DNA of 64,000 nt from Blastocatellia bacterium. Its GTDB lineage: Bacteria > Acidobacteriota > Blastocatellia > RBC074. This document shows, in pieces, positions 1-12,267 of this stretch. Location: contig JANNYF010000120.1 in the NCBI GenBank assembly GCA_031409955.1, positions 10,780 through 74,779 on the forward strand. Reading direction: 5' to 3'. The notes under the pieces are model-generated. The model worked only from the letters and a program-made list of their open reading frames with translations. It was not told the DNA's origin and made no database searches. Made by a program: the position numbers and the translations under genes. Within the stretch, counting starts at the first letter, position 1. The number at the start of each line of letters is the position of its first letter.

Positions 1-205
1 GCATTTCCGGGTAAGATATACCCGCCAAGAAAAAGGAGATTTTATTTCGCGGGAATCTGATTCCCACTACAGAGGGTAAAGCGAACTGAACTCAATACCT
101 AACGAATTCAAAGACGTGAGGAGTATCCGATACCCCTCACGTTAGGCAAGATGTGGCAGCAAGTTTGCTTTTGTAAGCGAAGATATGCGCGGTTCAATTT
201 CAGGG

Positions 206-2143
206 TTAATCGGCCTTGACGACGCCATCCGCGTAAATCACTCCGTCGGCATAAATTACCCCGTCGGCATAAATTACCCCGTCCGCGTAAATCACTCCGT
301 CCGCGTAAATTACCCCGTCCGCGTAAATCACTCCGTCGGCAAGAATTCCTCCTTCAGATACGACTATGCCTTGTGTCAAAGACACCTGATCTCTGGACAA
401 TAAGGTCTCGTCAATTTGTTGCTGACGATCTCGGTAAGAAACCACATCCGTCAGGACAGGGCTGCTGGAATATGCCCCCTGATAATTGGTCATCAGACCG
501 CGTCCATAGGCAAAGCAGTAGTTCAGAATTACGCCCTGCCCCCAAAAGCAGTTTTCGTTGGCGATCAGGCTGGATTGGCTTTCGGGCAAGCTTTCCCCGC
601 CCAACATGTTTTGCCCATGAGTGAGAGACCGGACGTTGGGGCCAATCAGGGCGGCCAGGCGCACTGCGCCTTCGATATTGAGCAACCCCGCGCCTTGATC
701 AAAGTTGCTGTAGCCTTTCAAAGGTTGTGCGGAATACATCAGAATTGATTTGACCAGATTGGGAGTCAAGTTGGGATTGGCTTGCAGCAATAAAACGGCA
801 GCTCCTGCGACGACAGGTGCGGAAGCTGAAGTCCCGCTCAAACTCAACAGTTGCTCAGCAGGATTAGGCGATTCGCCAACTTTCAATTCAGGGTGAGCCT
901 GGCCGTAAACACTGTTCTGCGCGCACGCGCCAACCAATTTGTTTCCCGGAGCAACTAGATCAGGCTTGATCAGATTGTCGTATCGCTTCACCCCATTTGC
1001 ATCAATCCTGTACCCACGGGTTGGCCCGCGTGAGCTATAACTGGCAATCTTGTCATCCGAACGCCCAGCCGTGCCAAAGGTATTCGCTGCTCCAACCGTG
1101 ATGACTGATGGATCAATTCCAGGGGAATGAATCGCTCCATAGATTTTGCGCCCGTTGCCGGTTTTGCCCAAATTTCCGGCAGCACAAACCACCACAATGC
1201 CAACATCGTGCGCACGCCGAACTGCCAGACACAACGGATCGCTCAAATAACTATCCATTGCCAGGCTGCCCAGACTCATGTTGATGACGCGAATGTTGTA
1301 GGCATCCTTGTTGGCAATACACCAATCAAGCGCCTCCAATAAAGCGCTTGATGAACCGCTCCCTTGTGCGCCAAGCACTTTCAGGCTAATTAAGTTGGCT
1401 CCTGGGGCAAGGCCAGAATATGCGCCTCCCGCAAAAGCAGAACTGCCTGCGATCAGGGAGGCAACATGCGTCCCGTGTCCAGAAGTATCTTGTGTGTCGC
1501 CTTGTCCAGTGAAATCCTGGCGATAGACGACGCGCCCACCACCAATCAGGGAATGACTTTCATCAATCCCGCTATCTAAAACAACGACTCCAATGCCACG
1601 ACCATCCAGTGGTAATTGATTGAGTTGACTTACCACCGACCGAACTTGATTCGCGCCGGTTGTCTCTTCCAGATGCCCCAGCGCTTGCACCTTGCGATCA
1701 GAAGAAACAAAGGCGAAGGAATTATCATTTGCCAATCCGATGGCGCGGTCCAAGGGCAGCCGCACTGAGACTAGATTCACGCGACCATACACTCGATTGA
1801 TTTGCGCCCCAGCCTCTTTGAGCTTCTTCAAATGCTCAGCGTTGGTGGCACCCTCGGTTTGAATAATGAACGAACGCTGTTGCGTTAATCTGCTGGTCTG
1901 GCGCCGGGCAGTAATCAACGCCACTTCTTCGCGTAAATCTCTGGAGAGTTTGTAAGTTCGATTGATTTCTTCGGAACGAGTTCTTGACCGCCCGGCACCA
2001 GTGTCTCTGGATTGGGCATCGGTGGTTAAGGTTAGGGCAGAAATAATAAGGGCAAAGAAAAGTGCGGATAAATAAAGGCTCGTTGCCTTACTTTTATCAT
2101 CGGTCTTTTTCTTAACCTTCTTCTGTAATTTTGTTGACCTCAT
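206..2143 (-). CDS. Secreted S8 (subtilisin-like) serine peptidase with C-terminal hexapeptide repeats
   Basis: Catalytic motifs VLDSG, HGTHVA and SGTSASAP; N-terminal hydrophobic segment and I9-like prodomain; ATG at 2143 preferred to the ORF-track start at 2233. Confidence 0.9.
   Translation of the reverse strand: MRSTKLQKKVKKKTDDKSKATSLYLSALFFALIISALTLTTDAQSRDTGAGRSRTRSEEINRTYKLSRDLREEVALITARRQTSRLTQQRSFIIQTEGATNAEHLKKLKEAGAQINRVYGRVNLVSVRLPLDRAIGLANDNSFAFVSSDRKVQALGHLEETTGANQVRSVVSQLNQLPLDGRGIGVVVLDSGIDESHSLIGGGRVVYRQDFTGQGDTQDTSGHGTHVASLIAGSSAFAGGAYSGLAPGANLISLKVLGAQGSGSSSALLEALDWCIANKDAYNIRVINMSLGSLAMDSYLSDPLCLAVRRAHDVGIVVVCAAGNLGKTGNGRKIYGAIHSPGIDPSVITVGAANTFGTAGRSDDKIASYSSRGPTRGYRIDANGVKRYDNLIKPDLVAPGNKLVGACAQNSVYGQAHPELKVGESPNPAEQLLSLSGTSASAPVVAGAAVLLLQANPNLTPNLVKSILMYSAQPLKGYSNFDQGAGLLNIEGAVRLAALIGPNVRSLTHGQNMLGGESLPESQSSLIANENCFWGQGVILNYCFAYGRGLMTNYQGAYSSSPVLTDVVSYRDRQQQIDETLLSRDQVSLTQGIVVSEGGILADGVIYADGVIYADGVIYADGVIYADGVIYADGVIYADGVVKAD
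209..370 (-). repeat. 18-bp coding tandem repeat (GIVVSE, GGILAD, 6x GVIYAD, GVVKAD)
   Basis: Six units at 227-334 differ only at synonymous positions, e.g. gtcggcataaattacccc vs gtccgcgtaaatcactcc. Confidence 0.95.
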
Positions 2144-2399
2144 CTCATTTGACCTTTCGATTGAGAACACTCCTGGAGCAGTTCTCAGGGGGATTACGGA
2201 ACGGCTGGGATGACGCAGAGGGACAAGAGACACTCCAAGCTAAAGCTTAGCCAGAGTGCTGCGCAGCCGCGGACATTAGCAACGGAATTACAGGTTGTTC
2301 GTTTTAGGGGTTGTTAGGATTTGGTTGTGTGAGAAGTTCCCTGGGCTTAGGGTATTTATGATCTCTCCAACACCGATTAAGGCCGTTTGGACAAGCGCC

Positions 2400-2427
2400 A
2401 TTCTAAGAGCCAGACTTTGATTGTCAA
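2400..2427 (-). promoter_or_regulatory. Sigma70-like promoter of the S8 peptidase gene
   Basis: Minus strand TTGACA-16 bp-TAGAAT. Confidence 0.6.
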
Positions 2428-2550
2428 CAGCTTTTTTCTGTCTTTGTTACTTTTCTTTTCGGATCATTCAGCCTGACGCATTTTCGCGTTTCTAATCAAT
2501 CAAATTGCGGGTGGCTTCCAGATAACAGGCAAATTTTGTTGCCTCCTGTA

Positions 2551-2580
2551 TTGACGCCAGAGGCTCAGGCTTTCTAGTAT
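2551..2580 (+). promoter_or_regulatory. Sigma70-like promoter
   Basis: TTGACG-18 bp-TAGTAT upstream of the ATG at 2631. Confidence 0.45.
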
Positions 2581-2630
2581 CTGGTCAGAAGATGGAAGAG
2601 ATTTCAGGCACAGTAAAGCAGGTGTGATTC

Positions 2631-3365
2631 ATGTCAACCAAGGAAACGCTTGATAACCGCTCCGCAGAAGAATCATTGAAGATGTTGTTCGCGGATGTTT
2701 TTCAGCAAATTTCCAAACGTCAGGCCAAGCCTGAAATCAATGTTACGTTTTATCCTTTTGCCGGTTTGAATCACACCATTCGGATTCGGAACCAGCGGGT
2801 TTACGTGCGGGTTTCGGATATTTTGCGTGACGCTCCACCGACAGTATATCGGGCGCTGGCACATATTTTAGTGGGAAAATTATTCAACCAGCGACCGCCA
2901 GCCGAATACGAAATCTTGTACCGGCAATATGCCTATCAACCGCAAATTTTACGCGCCTCGGATTTGGCGCGGCAACGTCGTGGGCGGAAGCAACTCAAGG
3001 GCTCCGTCGGGCGCACGTACGATTTAGATCGAATCTTCGCGCAACTCAACCGCCATTACTTTGAGAATGCTTTGCCCAAGCCAGTCTTGAGTTGGAGCGC
3101 GCGCTGCACAAAACGCATTCTCGGTCATCACGACGCCGTTCACGATGCGATTATCATCAGCCGCTCTTTGGACCTGGAATCCGTACCGGATTATGTCGTT
3201 GAATATGTGATGTACCACGAGATGCTGCACATCAAACACAAACTACAGGTCGTCAATGGAAGACGCATTTTTCATTCCCCTGCGTTTCGCGCTGAGGAAA
3301 AACGATTTGCACATTACGACGAGGCTATCAAATGGCTTGAGCATTCAATGCGTCGTCGTCGGTAG
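2631..3365 (+). CDS. SprT/YgjP-like zinc metalloprotease domain protein
   Basis: HEMLH zinc motif followed by a distal His (FHSPAFR). Confidence 0.75.
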   Translation: MSTKETLDNRSAEESLKMLFADVFQQISKRQAKPEINVTFYPFAGLNHTIRIRNQRVYVRVSDILRDAPPTVYRALAHILVGKLFNQRPPAEYEILYRQYAYQPQILRASDLARQRRGRKQLKGSVGRTYDLDRIFAQLNRHYFENALPKPVLSWSARCTKRILGHHDAVHDAIIISRSLDLESVPDYVVEYVMYHEMLHIKHKLQVVNGRRIFHSPAFRAEEKRFAHYDEAIKWLEHSMRRRR

Positions 3366-3626
3366 CAAAATGAATCGCTCGACACGATTCCTTTCAATCG
3401 CTATAATCGCGCCGGATTGAGCTTCCTGCATTTCCCGCCTTTTGGCTGAAGCCATTACAGTTTCCCGTGTTGCAATGAAGCACCGGAATTGTCGTCCACT
3501 TGATAATCTGGCTATAGTGGGAACGACCTGATGAAGAGCTGGCAGAGAAAGCTCAACGACTTCATCAAGATCAAGCTCCCCTCGGCAAAAACAATTCTCC
3601 CAATAATTTCTGATAGAGGAGTAATT

Positions 3627-5462
3627 ATGGCAAAGACAACTCTCAAAACTACTTATTACCTGTTATTGATCGGCTGCTGGCTTGGGCTGGCAGGTATTTC
3701 AACTTCTGTCATGGCCCAGGAAGTTGCCATCGTAAATGCGGCAAGCTATGCCAAAGACGGCGGAACCGGTCCTACGGCTGGCAGCGGCATTGTCACACCC
3801 GAAGGGCTGGCATCGGCCTTCGGAGCCTTCAATATTACTGCCGGGCAATCTTCATATACAGCAACACCTGGCCAAGCCTTACCGAAAATTCTGGGCGGCG
3901 TCAAAGTCCGAATCGGAATCACTGACGCAGATTTGCTGTTTGTGGGAACAACGCAAATCAACCTGATCATTCCGACGGGCACGGCAACGGGAGGCATCGT
4001 AGACATCCTGGTCACGAATGCAAATGCCACCACTGTTCCCGGCAAGATTCGCGTCGAGTCATTTGCTCCCGGAATTTTTTCAGCGACGACGGACGGCAAA
4101 GGAGTCGCGGCGGCGGATTGGACCATCACCGGACAATTCCCTTATCCCAAAGTTTATAACATTGTCGGAGGACAGCCGGTTCACGCCGATCTGGATGCAG
4201 GCACGAAGCAAAAGCCGACGTTTCTGGTGCTGTACGCGTCAGGGCTGCGCGGTGCGCCCGATACCGTTGCCAATGATCCTGTGGCAGGGCTGAAGAACGT
4301 AGCGGAATCCTGCACCGTCACGATTCAGGGCATTCCCGCCAGAGTGGATTACGCTGGGCGACAACCGGACTTTTTCGGACTGGATCAAATCAACGTGGTA
4401 ATCCCGCCGGAAGTCTCCGGCTTAGGAATTCTCATTGTCCGAGTCGAAATTAAATCAGGGCAGACCTCACGCATCTCGAATGACGTGGAAATCAAAGTTG
4501 GCGGTCAACTCACGGCGCTGACCATTCTCAAAGACCTCAATCTGGCGGGCGATACAGTCACCGCCGCATTGACCGCAGAGGATGCGGTTGAAATGGACAC
4601 TAATCCCAACAGCCCATTTTTCCGCAAGACATATTTCATTGATGTCTATCGGTTCCGAACAACCGCTGCCAATACAACGGTGGCGATTGATTTGCGCGGA
4701 AACTTGGCCGATCCCGACCCGCTTGACACCCAGATCATTTTGCGCAAGGTCGAAACGAACGGCACACAAACCTTTTTTGGGGCAGACGACCAGGGCGGAG
4801 GGTTTGGGAACTGTCCGAATCCGCCGGGGAATTGCAAACCCATTGAAGCCAACAACAATTCATTAATGCTGACGCTCATTCCCGAAGTCGGGGAATACTG
4901 GATTTTCGTTACAAGCGCCGATGTCGCGCCAAGTGATCTGGGTACTTACACGCTCAAATTCAGCACCAGCGTTTTGACGCCGCTCGCATACGGGCAGACC
5001 GTCAATGGCAGCTTTTCTGGCACGACGAAGGTGCAGACCGCTGCTGGAGTCTATGTGGATGGCTATTATTTCAATGGGCGAGAAGGCGAGACGGTTCGAA
5101 TCACGATGCGCGCACCCGCACCCGTTGATGCGTTTTTGATTCTGCGCGAACGAAACGGTGACGAAATCCGATTGGACGACAGCGGTGGTGGTGGCACCGA
5201 TGCACAACTCAGTCTGACGTTACCGACAAATACCGCGCTGCCGATCACACGACCATTCATCATTGTGGCAACGCCCCTGGCAAATTTAGTCACGGGGTCG
5301 TATACCCTTCAGTTGGAGAAGACGGCTGGGCTTCAGGCGACCGAGAGCGAAGCGATTGCTCCTGAGTTCAGAACCCCAAGTCGAGTTTCGCCTGAAAGTG
5401 ATCCGCGCCGCGCCGTGTCGTCTCGTGCGATGTGGCGACGTGCTGTTCCGAAAGAACAGTAA
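3627..5462 (+). CDS. Secreted protein with a Solibacter-type (TIGR03437-like) domain and PPC-like domains
   Basis: Signal peptide; VNAASY, APGIFS and GLDQINV motifs; two PPC-like repeats (D-x-Y-x-F...LD..IIL...DD.GGG...G.YTL); RBS GAGGAG before the ATG at 3627. Confidence 0.75.
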   Translation: MAKTTLKTTYYLLLIGCWLGLAGISTSVMAQEVAIVNAASYAKDGGTGPTAGSGIVTPEGLASAFGAFNITAGQSSYTATPGQALPKILGGVKVRIGITDADLLFVGTTQINLIIPTGTATGGIVDILVTNANATTVPGKIRVESFAPGIFSATTDGKGVAAADWTITGQFPYPKVYNIVGGQPVHADLDAGTKQKPTFLVLYASGLRGAPDTVANDPVAGLKNVAESCTVTIQGIPARVDYAGRQPDFFGLDQINVVIPPEVSGLGILIVRVEIKSGQTSRISNDVEIKVGGQLTALTILKDLNLAGDTVTAALTAEDAVEMDTNPNSPFFRKTYFIDVYRFRTTAANTTVAIDLRGNLADPDPLDTQIILRKVETNGTQTFFGADDQGGGFGNCPNPPGNCKPIEANNNSLMLTLIPEVGEYWIFVTSADVAPSDLGTYTLKFSTSVLTPLAYGQTVNGSFSGTTKVQTAAGVYVDGYYFNGREGETVRITMRAPAPVDAFLILRERNGDEIRLDDSGGGGTDAQLSLTLPTNTALPITRPFIIVATPLANLVTGSYTLQLEKTAGLQATESEAIAPEFRTPSRVSPESDPRRAVSSRAMWRRAVPKEQ

Positions 5463-5464
5463 AT

Positions 5465-5562
5465 AGTCTGGGGAAGTCTAGGAGAGTCCGGGGAAGTCTG
5501 GGGAAGTCAAAAGCCCAACTTTCCTAGACTTTCCTAGACTTTCCTAGACTTTCCTAGACTTT
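5465..5562. repeat. Intergenic 10-bp tandem repeats in inverted arrangement
   Basis: (agtctgggga)-like units followed by (ttcctagact)x4, which are approximate reverse complements. Confidence 0.85.
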
Positions 5563-5569
5563 TCCCCTC

Positions 5570-6697
5570 ATGCATATTGGCATTGACGCCCATGCCATCG
5601 GCGCACAACAGGGTGGGAATGAAACCTACATTCGCAACCTGATTACGGCGCTGGCCGAGTTAGATCACGAAAATCAATATACGCTGTATTTGTCCGCTGC
5701 GCAGGCGGCTGAAATTTGGCGCAATCGCTATGCGAATTTTGACGTTCGTCTGTTGCCGCCGCCCACACCGCTGGTGCGCGTTCCATTGGCATTAGCACTG
5801 GAGCTACGCCGTCGCCCGGTAGACGTATTACACGTGCAATATACTGCGCCGCCATTTTGTCCTGCACCCATTGTCACCACGATTCATGATTTGGCGTTTG
5901 AGCATTTGCCCGAAACCTTCACGCGGCGCGGCAAAGCGCAATTACGATTGACTGTGCGACGGACAGCGCGTCACGCCGCGCATATCCTGACCGTTTCAGA
6001 ATTTTCACGCCAGGACATCATCAACACATACCGCTTGCCCCCGGACAAAATCACCGTCACCCATAATGGTTGCGAAGCGCAATTCACGCCCCAGCCCGCT
6101 TCAGACCATGAAGCCGAAACGATCAAACAAAAGTTTGGTATCGCACGTGATTACCTGCTGGCCGTGGGCAGTTTGCAGCCACGCAAAAATCTGATTCGTT
6201 TGCTCAAAGCTTATGCGATGTTGCGCACACAACAATCGGGCTTTCAACTTCAACTGGTCATTGTGGGCAGGCAGCTTTGGCTGTACAAAGAAGTTCTTCG
6301 TGAAATCAAGCAACAGAATTTTGCGGCAGACGTGATCGTCACGGGCTATGCCAGTGATGAAGATTTGCCTGCGCTCTACCGTTCGGCGGTCGCCTTGGTT
6401 TATCCTTCGCTCTTTGAAGGCTTCGGGTTGCCGCCACTCGAAGCCATGGCTTGCGGCACACCAGTGATTACGAGTAACTCTTCCAGTTTGCCCGAAGTCG
6501 TGGGGAACGCGGCGTTGCTGGTGAATCCATACAAAGAGGCCGACCTCGCGCAGGCAATGTGGAAACTCACTAACGATGCGACGTTGCGCGTTCAACTACG
6601 TCAGGCCGGAATCCAGCAGGCCAAGCAATTCACGTGGCACGCTGCCGCCGAAAAAACATTGGCGATTTATCGAGCGATTGCTCACCGACATCAGTGA
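5570..6697 (+). CDS. Glycosyltransferase family 4
   Basis: PRKNL and [14 protein letters not shown] motifs. Confidence 0.93.
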   Translation: MHIGIDAHAIGAQQGGNETYIRNLITALAELDHENQYTLYLSAAQAAEIWRNRYANFDVRLLPPPTPLVRVPLALALELRRRPVDVLHVQYTAPPFCPAPIVTTIHDLAFEHLPETFTRRGKAQLRLTVRRTARHAAHILTVSEFSRQDIINTYRLPPDKITVTHNGCEAQFTPQPASDHEAETIKQKFGIARDYLLAVGSLQPRKNLIRLLKAYAMLRTQQSGFQLQLVIVGRQLWLYKEVLREIKQQNFAADVIVTGYASDEDLPALYRSAVALVYPSLFEGFGLPPLEAMACGTPVITSNSSSLPEVVGNAALLVNPYKEADLAQAMWKLTNDATLRVQLRQAGIQQAKQFTWHAAAEKTLAIYRAIAHRHQ

Positions 6698-7665
6698 TCG
6701 AACATCTCAAATCGAACATCTCAAATCTCAACCTCCCTTGTGACCTCTGTGGCTCAACTCAGGCAAGATTTGTCCTCACCACGCCGCGACTTGACGGCCC
6801 GCTAGTTTGTTGTGAAAGCTGTGGCTTATTTTATATCGTCATGCCAGAAGCGCCCGCAATAGACAAACCTGCCATGACCATCATTGCAGAGCCTGTGACC
6901 GCAACGCTGACTGAAAGCGAACAGACCGCCGGAGAAATGGTTCGACTTGCATCGCGTGCGCGCGAACTTTCTTTGGTCGAACCAGCGGTGGAAGAGCGCG
7001 AGGGGAAATGGCGTGATGTGACCTCGGCTGAACGCCTGGCAGATTTGCTACGCGTGACGGCAGGCGCAATCAAAGGTGGGCGGTTGTTGGAAATCGGATG
7101 TTCGACGGGAGAATTTCTGGCGGCAGCCAAAGCATCCTTCAAGGTCACAGGCGTCGAGGCAGACCAAGCCAGTTGCGCGGTGGCACAAGCGCGTGGACTG
7201 GACTGTTTCAATGGCACTCTGTTTGATGCCCGACTCCCGGCTTCGCACTTTGATCTAGTCACGCTCTACCACGTGATTGAGCATTTTCCGCATCCACAGC
7301 AAATACTCAAGGAAATCCACCGCATCCTCTGGCCGAAAGGATGGGTCGTGATCGAAACGCCGAACATCGCCAATGTTTGGTATAAGTTGCTCGGCGCGCG
7401 TTGGCGGCAATTCATTCCTGACCACCGCTTCTTCTTCACCCCAGACACCATCAAGCGGAGCTGTCTCGACAATGGATTTGAAGTCGTAGCCATTGATTCG
7501 GTGCGCAAAGCGATGAGTCTGCGGCTCTTCATCAGTCGTTTGGGTCGTTACCATAAACCGACCTCGCAGCAATTAGCGCAATGGAGTGAACGGCTTCATT
7601 TGAGTGATCGCACTTTACAACTGAACCTCGGCGATGTGATGCGGGTCTATGCGCGGCGAAAATAA
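6694..7665 (+). CDS. Class I SAM-dependent methyltransferase with an N-terminal CxxC...CxxC zinc finger
   Basis: LLEIGCSTG motif I, HVIEH, CDLC/CESC; GTGA overlap with the upstream stop. Confidence 0.85.
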   Translation: MIEHLKSNISNLNLPCDLCGSTQARFVLTTPRLDGPLVCCESCGLFYIVMPEAPAIDKPAMTIIAEPVTATLTESEQTAGEMVRLASRARELSLVEPAVEEREGKWRDVTSAERLADLLRVTAGAIKGGRLLEIGCSTGEFLAAAKASFKVTGVEADQASCAVAQARGLDCFNGTLFDARLPASHFDLVTLYHVIEHFPHPQQILKEIHRILWPKGWVVIETPNIANVWYKLLGARWRQFIPDHRFFFTPDTIKRSCLDNGFEVVAIDSVRKAMSLRLFISRLGRYHKPTSQQLAQWSERLHLSDRTLQLNLGDVMRVYARRK

Positions 7666-7695
7666 GGCTGCGCTTGCTTTTCAACATTTTCCAGC

Positions 7696-7724
7696 TTGAC
7701 AGTTTTACTGGCCTGCGTTAAGTT
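7696..7724 (+). promoter_or_regulatory. Sigma70-like promoter
   Basis: TTGACA-17 bp-TAAGTT. Confidence 0.6.
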
Positions 7725-8015
7725 CCGTCCGTAGTGGTTAAAAGCAATTTCGGCAGTTGTTTGTTAAGGTAGGTCCGGTATTCAAAGCAGTTGCTATCTC
7801 CCTTGCGGCTGCATTTCCCGTTAGCTCAAAGACAATCCAGATTTTGCGGCGGTCAGAGAGGTCGAGCTTTCGGGTTCACCGTACCCCTAAACAACTGTGC
7901 AGCCGCTGAACTAATAAGACCAACGCAGTCTAATAAAAAAAGCCCCTACCGGGATCCAATCGGAGGGATTAGATGGTCGTTAGTCAACTAACCGAAAAAG
8001 AGAGTGTGATTCGCC

Positions 8016-8678
8016 ATGGCAGCCCCGTATATATCCCATGTGCCTGTCCGCCGGGCACCTTCTTTCGTTCTTCAGCGCGTCTATTACGGCGTCCCATCTT
8101 GTGGGCCTTCGCTCCAGCATCATCTGCTGTTGGCGTTGCGAGAGGTGTCGCCGCAGATGTACGCGCGGTTAGTCGCAGAAACTGGTTTGACAGTAGATAA
8201 AACCCAGACGTTAGTCGAACGGAATTCGATGATTAGCGCTGCTGGCTCAATGATGATCTTTCGCCTGATTGCCTCGGAGAAAATGTGGCGCGAGATTTTG
8301 CAGCGAGCCAGTGAATCCTTGCTGGCATCGCTTTATTATGACCTTCCGTTCTCGCTCAAATTCGCCCTGAACAATTTGCCGCGTCAATTACGGCTTCGCT
8401 TGGCGATGACGATTTTGGAGCGCAAGCTACCCCATATCGCCGGCAGTGGTGGTCGCTTAATCAACTACAACCGAAGAGGCAATCAGCTTTATATTCAAGT
8501 CAAGGATGGGCTGTTCGCCGATTTGATGGAAACGCGGGCTGGAGCCAGAGAATTTTATAGCGCGGCCTTGCGTTGGATGTTCTGGCATTTTGCGCGGGTC
8601 AATTGCAACGTCACAGAAGTTCGCAGTCAATTGATCCTCGCTCACGAATGCTGGTACGCAGTGGAATGGGAAGTCTGA
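8016..8678 (+). CDS. V4R/BchJ-like hypothetical protein
   Basis: LPRQLRLRLAMTIL...IAGSGG and the C-terminal VTEVRS...ECWYAVEW resemble the BchJ/V4R pattern, with most Cys lost. Confidence 0.5.
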   Translation: MAAPYISHVPVRRAPSFVLQRVYYGVPSCGPSLQHHLLLALREVSPQMYARLVAETGLTVDKTQTLVERNSMISAAGSMMIFRLIASEKMWREILQRASESLLASLYYDLPFSLKFALNNLPRQLRLRLAMTILERKLPHIAGSGGRLINYNRRGNQLYIQVKDGLFADLMETRAGAREFYSAALRWMFWHFARVNCNVTEVRSQLILAHECWYAVEWEV

Positions 8679-9034
8679 ATTGCAATGCCAGACTGGATAT
8701 TTTTCCCGCCGATAACAGTCGTCCCCCATCTCCTGTAACCTGTAACCCTGAACAGTGATTTGTGCCCGTCTCGGCTTTTAATGTATGCCGAGACAGCAGT
8801 CAGAACATCGTTGGTCAGTCATCGCCGCCGCCGCCTGCCAAACAATCCACCCGGCTCAGCAACGCAACTCGCCAGCCAGCGTCTCGGTATTTTTTACGTT
8901 CGCTGCCAATTGCCGCAGCTTCCCTTTGCCAAGCGTGAAAAGTTATGTTAATTATTCCCGCTTAATTTGGGCGCGGGTTAGTTTCTCTATGTAGCTGCAA
9001 GCGCGATTTTTACGACTTTCGAGGTGCATCATAA

Positions 9035-9514
9035 GTGATGAGTTTTGCTGTCCTCCTTCTGGCAGAAAATATCCTGGCGATTGATGGGTCTTTTCTTTTC
9101 GCCTTTATTTCCGTCCTCCTGCTAATCTTCATTCTTAACGCGACGCTGTTTCGCCCCATCAACAAAGTACTGGAAGACCGCGAGAAAATGAGCGGCGGGA
9201 CTTCGCACGAGGCCAGAGATTTAATCAAAGAATACGATAAGAAAGTGATGTTGTACGAAGACGGCATCCGCAATGCGCGGCACGAAGCGTATCAATACGC
9301 CGAGGCGCAACGCCGTGAAGCGTTGGCGGATCGCCAGGATTTGATGGCCCAGGCCAAAGCTGAAGCGACCGCACAAATCGAAGCCGCCAAACAGGAGATC
9401 GGCAATCAAGCCGCAGACGCACGCACTGGCCTTGAAAAAGAGGCGATGGCGATGGCCGCCAAGGTTTCGAGCAGCATCCTGCACCGCCCAGTCAATGCGC
9501 CGGAGGGAATCTAA
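9035..9514 (+). CDS. atpF: ATP synthase F0 subunit b'
   Basis: N-terminal TM helix, LFRPINKVLEDR, Ala/Glu coiled coil, operon position. Confidence 0.88.
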   Translation: MMSFAVLLLAENILAIDGSFLFAFISVLLLIFILNATLFRPINKVLEDREKMSGGTSHEARDLIKEYDKKVMLYEDGIRNARHEAYQYAEAQRREALADRQDLMAQAKAEATAQIEAAKQEIGNQAADARTGLEKEAMAMAAKVSSSILHRPVNAPEGI

Positions 9515-9519
9515 TTCCA

Positions 9520-10032
9520 ATGATTACCACACCACTCTTCTCGCTAGCTGCTCCGCTCACATTCATCAACCCGTTAATCCCACGCACCGTCAACGCCATT
9601 ATCTTTTTCGGCATTTTGTACTTCCTCCTGCGCAAACCGACGCGCGTTTTTTTTGCCGAACGGTTCGCTCGCATTCGCTCCCTGCTTGAGCGCGCCGCGC
9701 AAGAAAAAGCCGAGGCGCAAGCCCGCATCAAAACGATTGACGAACGCCTCGCCCAATTGGATAGCGAGGCCGCCAAAATCAAAGAAACCTCGCGGCAGGA
9801 AGCAGCAGCGGAAAGCGAACGCCTGAAGGCACAAACCCAGGCGGAGATCGAAAAGATTCGCGACACAGCACGCCGTGAAATTGAAGCCGCCAAACAAACT
9901 GCGTTGGTCGAATTACGGCAATACACGGCGGCAAACACGGTCGCATTGGCGGAGCAAATCATTCGCCGCGAATTGAATCCGGCAGATGACGCAGCCTTGC
10001 TGGAACGCGCCAGCAATGGATTCAAGATGTAA
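9520..10032 (+). CDS. atpF: ATP synthase F0 subunit b
   Basis: TM helix, LRKP motif, coiled coil, operon position. Confidence 0.88.
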   Translation: MITTPLFSLAAPLTFINPLIPRTVNAIIFFGILYFLLRKPTRVFFAERFARIRSLLERAAQEKAEAQARIKTIDERLAQLDSEAAKIKETSRQEAAAESERLKAQTQAEIEKIRDTARREIEAAKQTALVELRQYTAANTVALAEQIIRRELNPADDAALLERASNGFKM

Positions 10033-10047
10033 TTTCCGACAACTTTT

Positions 10048-10589
10048 ATGAGCATTACAACCATTGCCAATCGTTACGCCAAAGCGTTAGCCGACGTCAT
10101 TATGGATCGTGGGCAAACGCTGGCGGTGGCAGATGAAGTCAAAGCATTTACTCGGTTAGTCGAGGAAAACCCGGAACTCCGCGATGTCTTCGCCAGCCCC
10201 GTGATTGCCTTGGATCGCAAGAAAGCAGTGCTGAACGAAGTGCTGGCGCGGATGCAGTTCAAGCCAACGACGAATAACTTCCTGCAACTCCTCTTAACCA
10301 ATCAGCGCTTGCACCACATTGATGTTGTGCGGGCAAGTTTGATGAAGGAGTTGGACGAACGCGCAGGCGTGGTTTCGGCTGACGTCACGACGGCGCGCAC
10401 GCTGGCAACAACTGAGCAGGAGCATTTGCTCAATCAACTGCAAACGGCAACGGGCAAGCGGGTGCGCGTCAATTTCAAAATTGATCCTGAAATTATCGGC
10501 GGGGTTGTGACCCGCGTCGGGAGCTTGATCTATGACGGCTCCATTAAGAATCAACTAGCACTTATGAAGCAGCAATTAGCGAAAGGATA

Positions 10590-10590
<1 letters not shown>
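10048..10590 (+). CDS. atpH: ATP synthase F1 delta
   Basis: ANRYAKAL and DPEIIGG...YDGSIK. Confidence 0.95.
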
Positions 10591-12166
<1,576 letters not shown>

Positions 12167-12167
<1 letters not shown>

Positions 12168-12258
12168 TCCAGAGAGTCTATAAAGTCTATCGAGTCCAGA
12201 GAGTCGTTCGAACCTCCAGACTCTCCAGACTCTCCAGACTCTCCAGGCTCTCCAGACT
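12167..12258. repeat. Intergenic 9-bp tandem repeats in inverted arrangement
   Basis: (agtccagag)-like units then (ctccagact)-like x5. Confidence 0.85.
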
Positions 12259-12267
12259 TACGAGTTT

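Noticed and set aside
154-169. Sigma54-like TGGCAG-N5-TTGCT on the plus strand
   Set aside because: It points antisense into the 3' end of the S8 gene with no credible downstream ORF; probably chance.
206-370. Tandem repeats as a CRISPR array
   Set aside because: 18-bp units without unique spacers, in frame inside a CDS; no cas genes. No CRISPR array was seen anywhere in the window.
7800-7910. c-di-AMP (ydaO) riboswitch or 6S RNA
   Set aside because: Short look-alike words (CGCTGAA, CCCGTTAGCT) are in the wrong order and the overall architecture does not fit; kept only as an unclassified leader.
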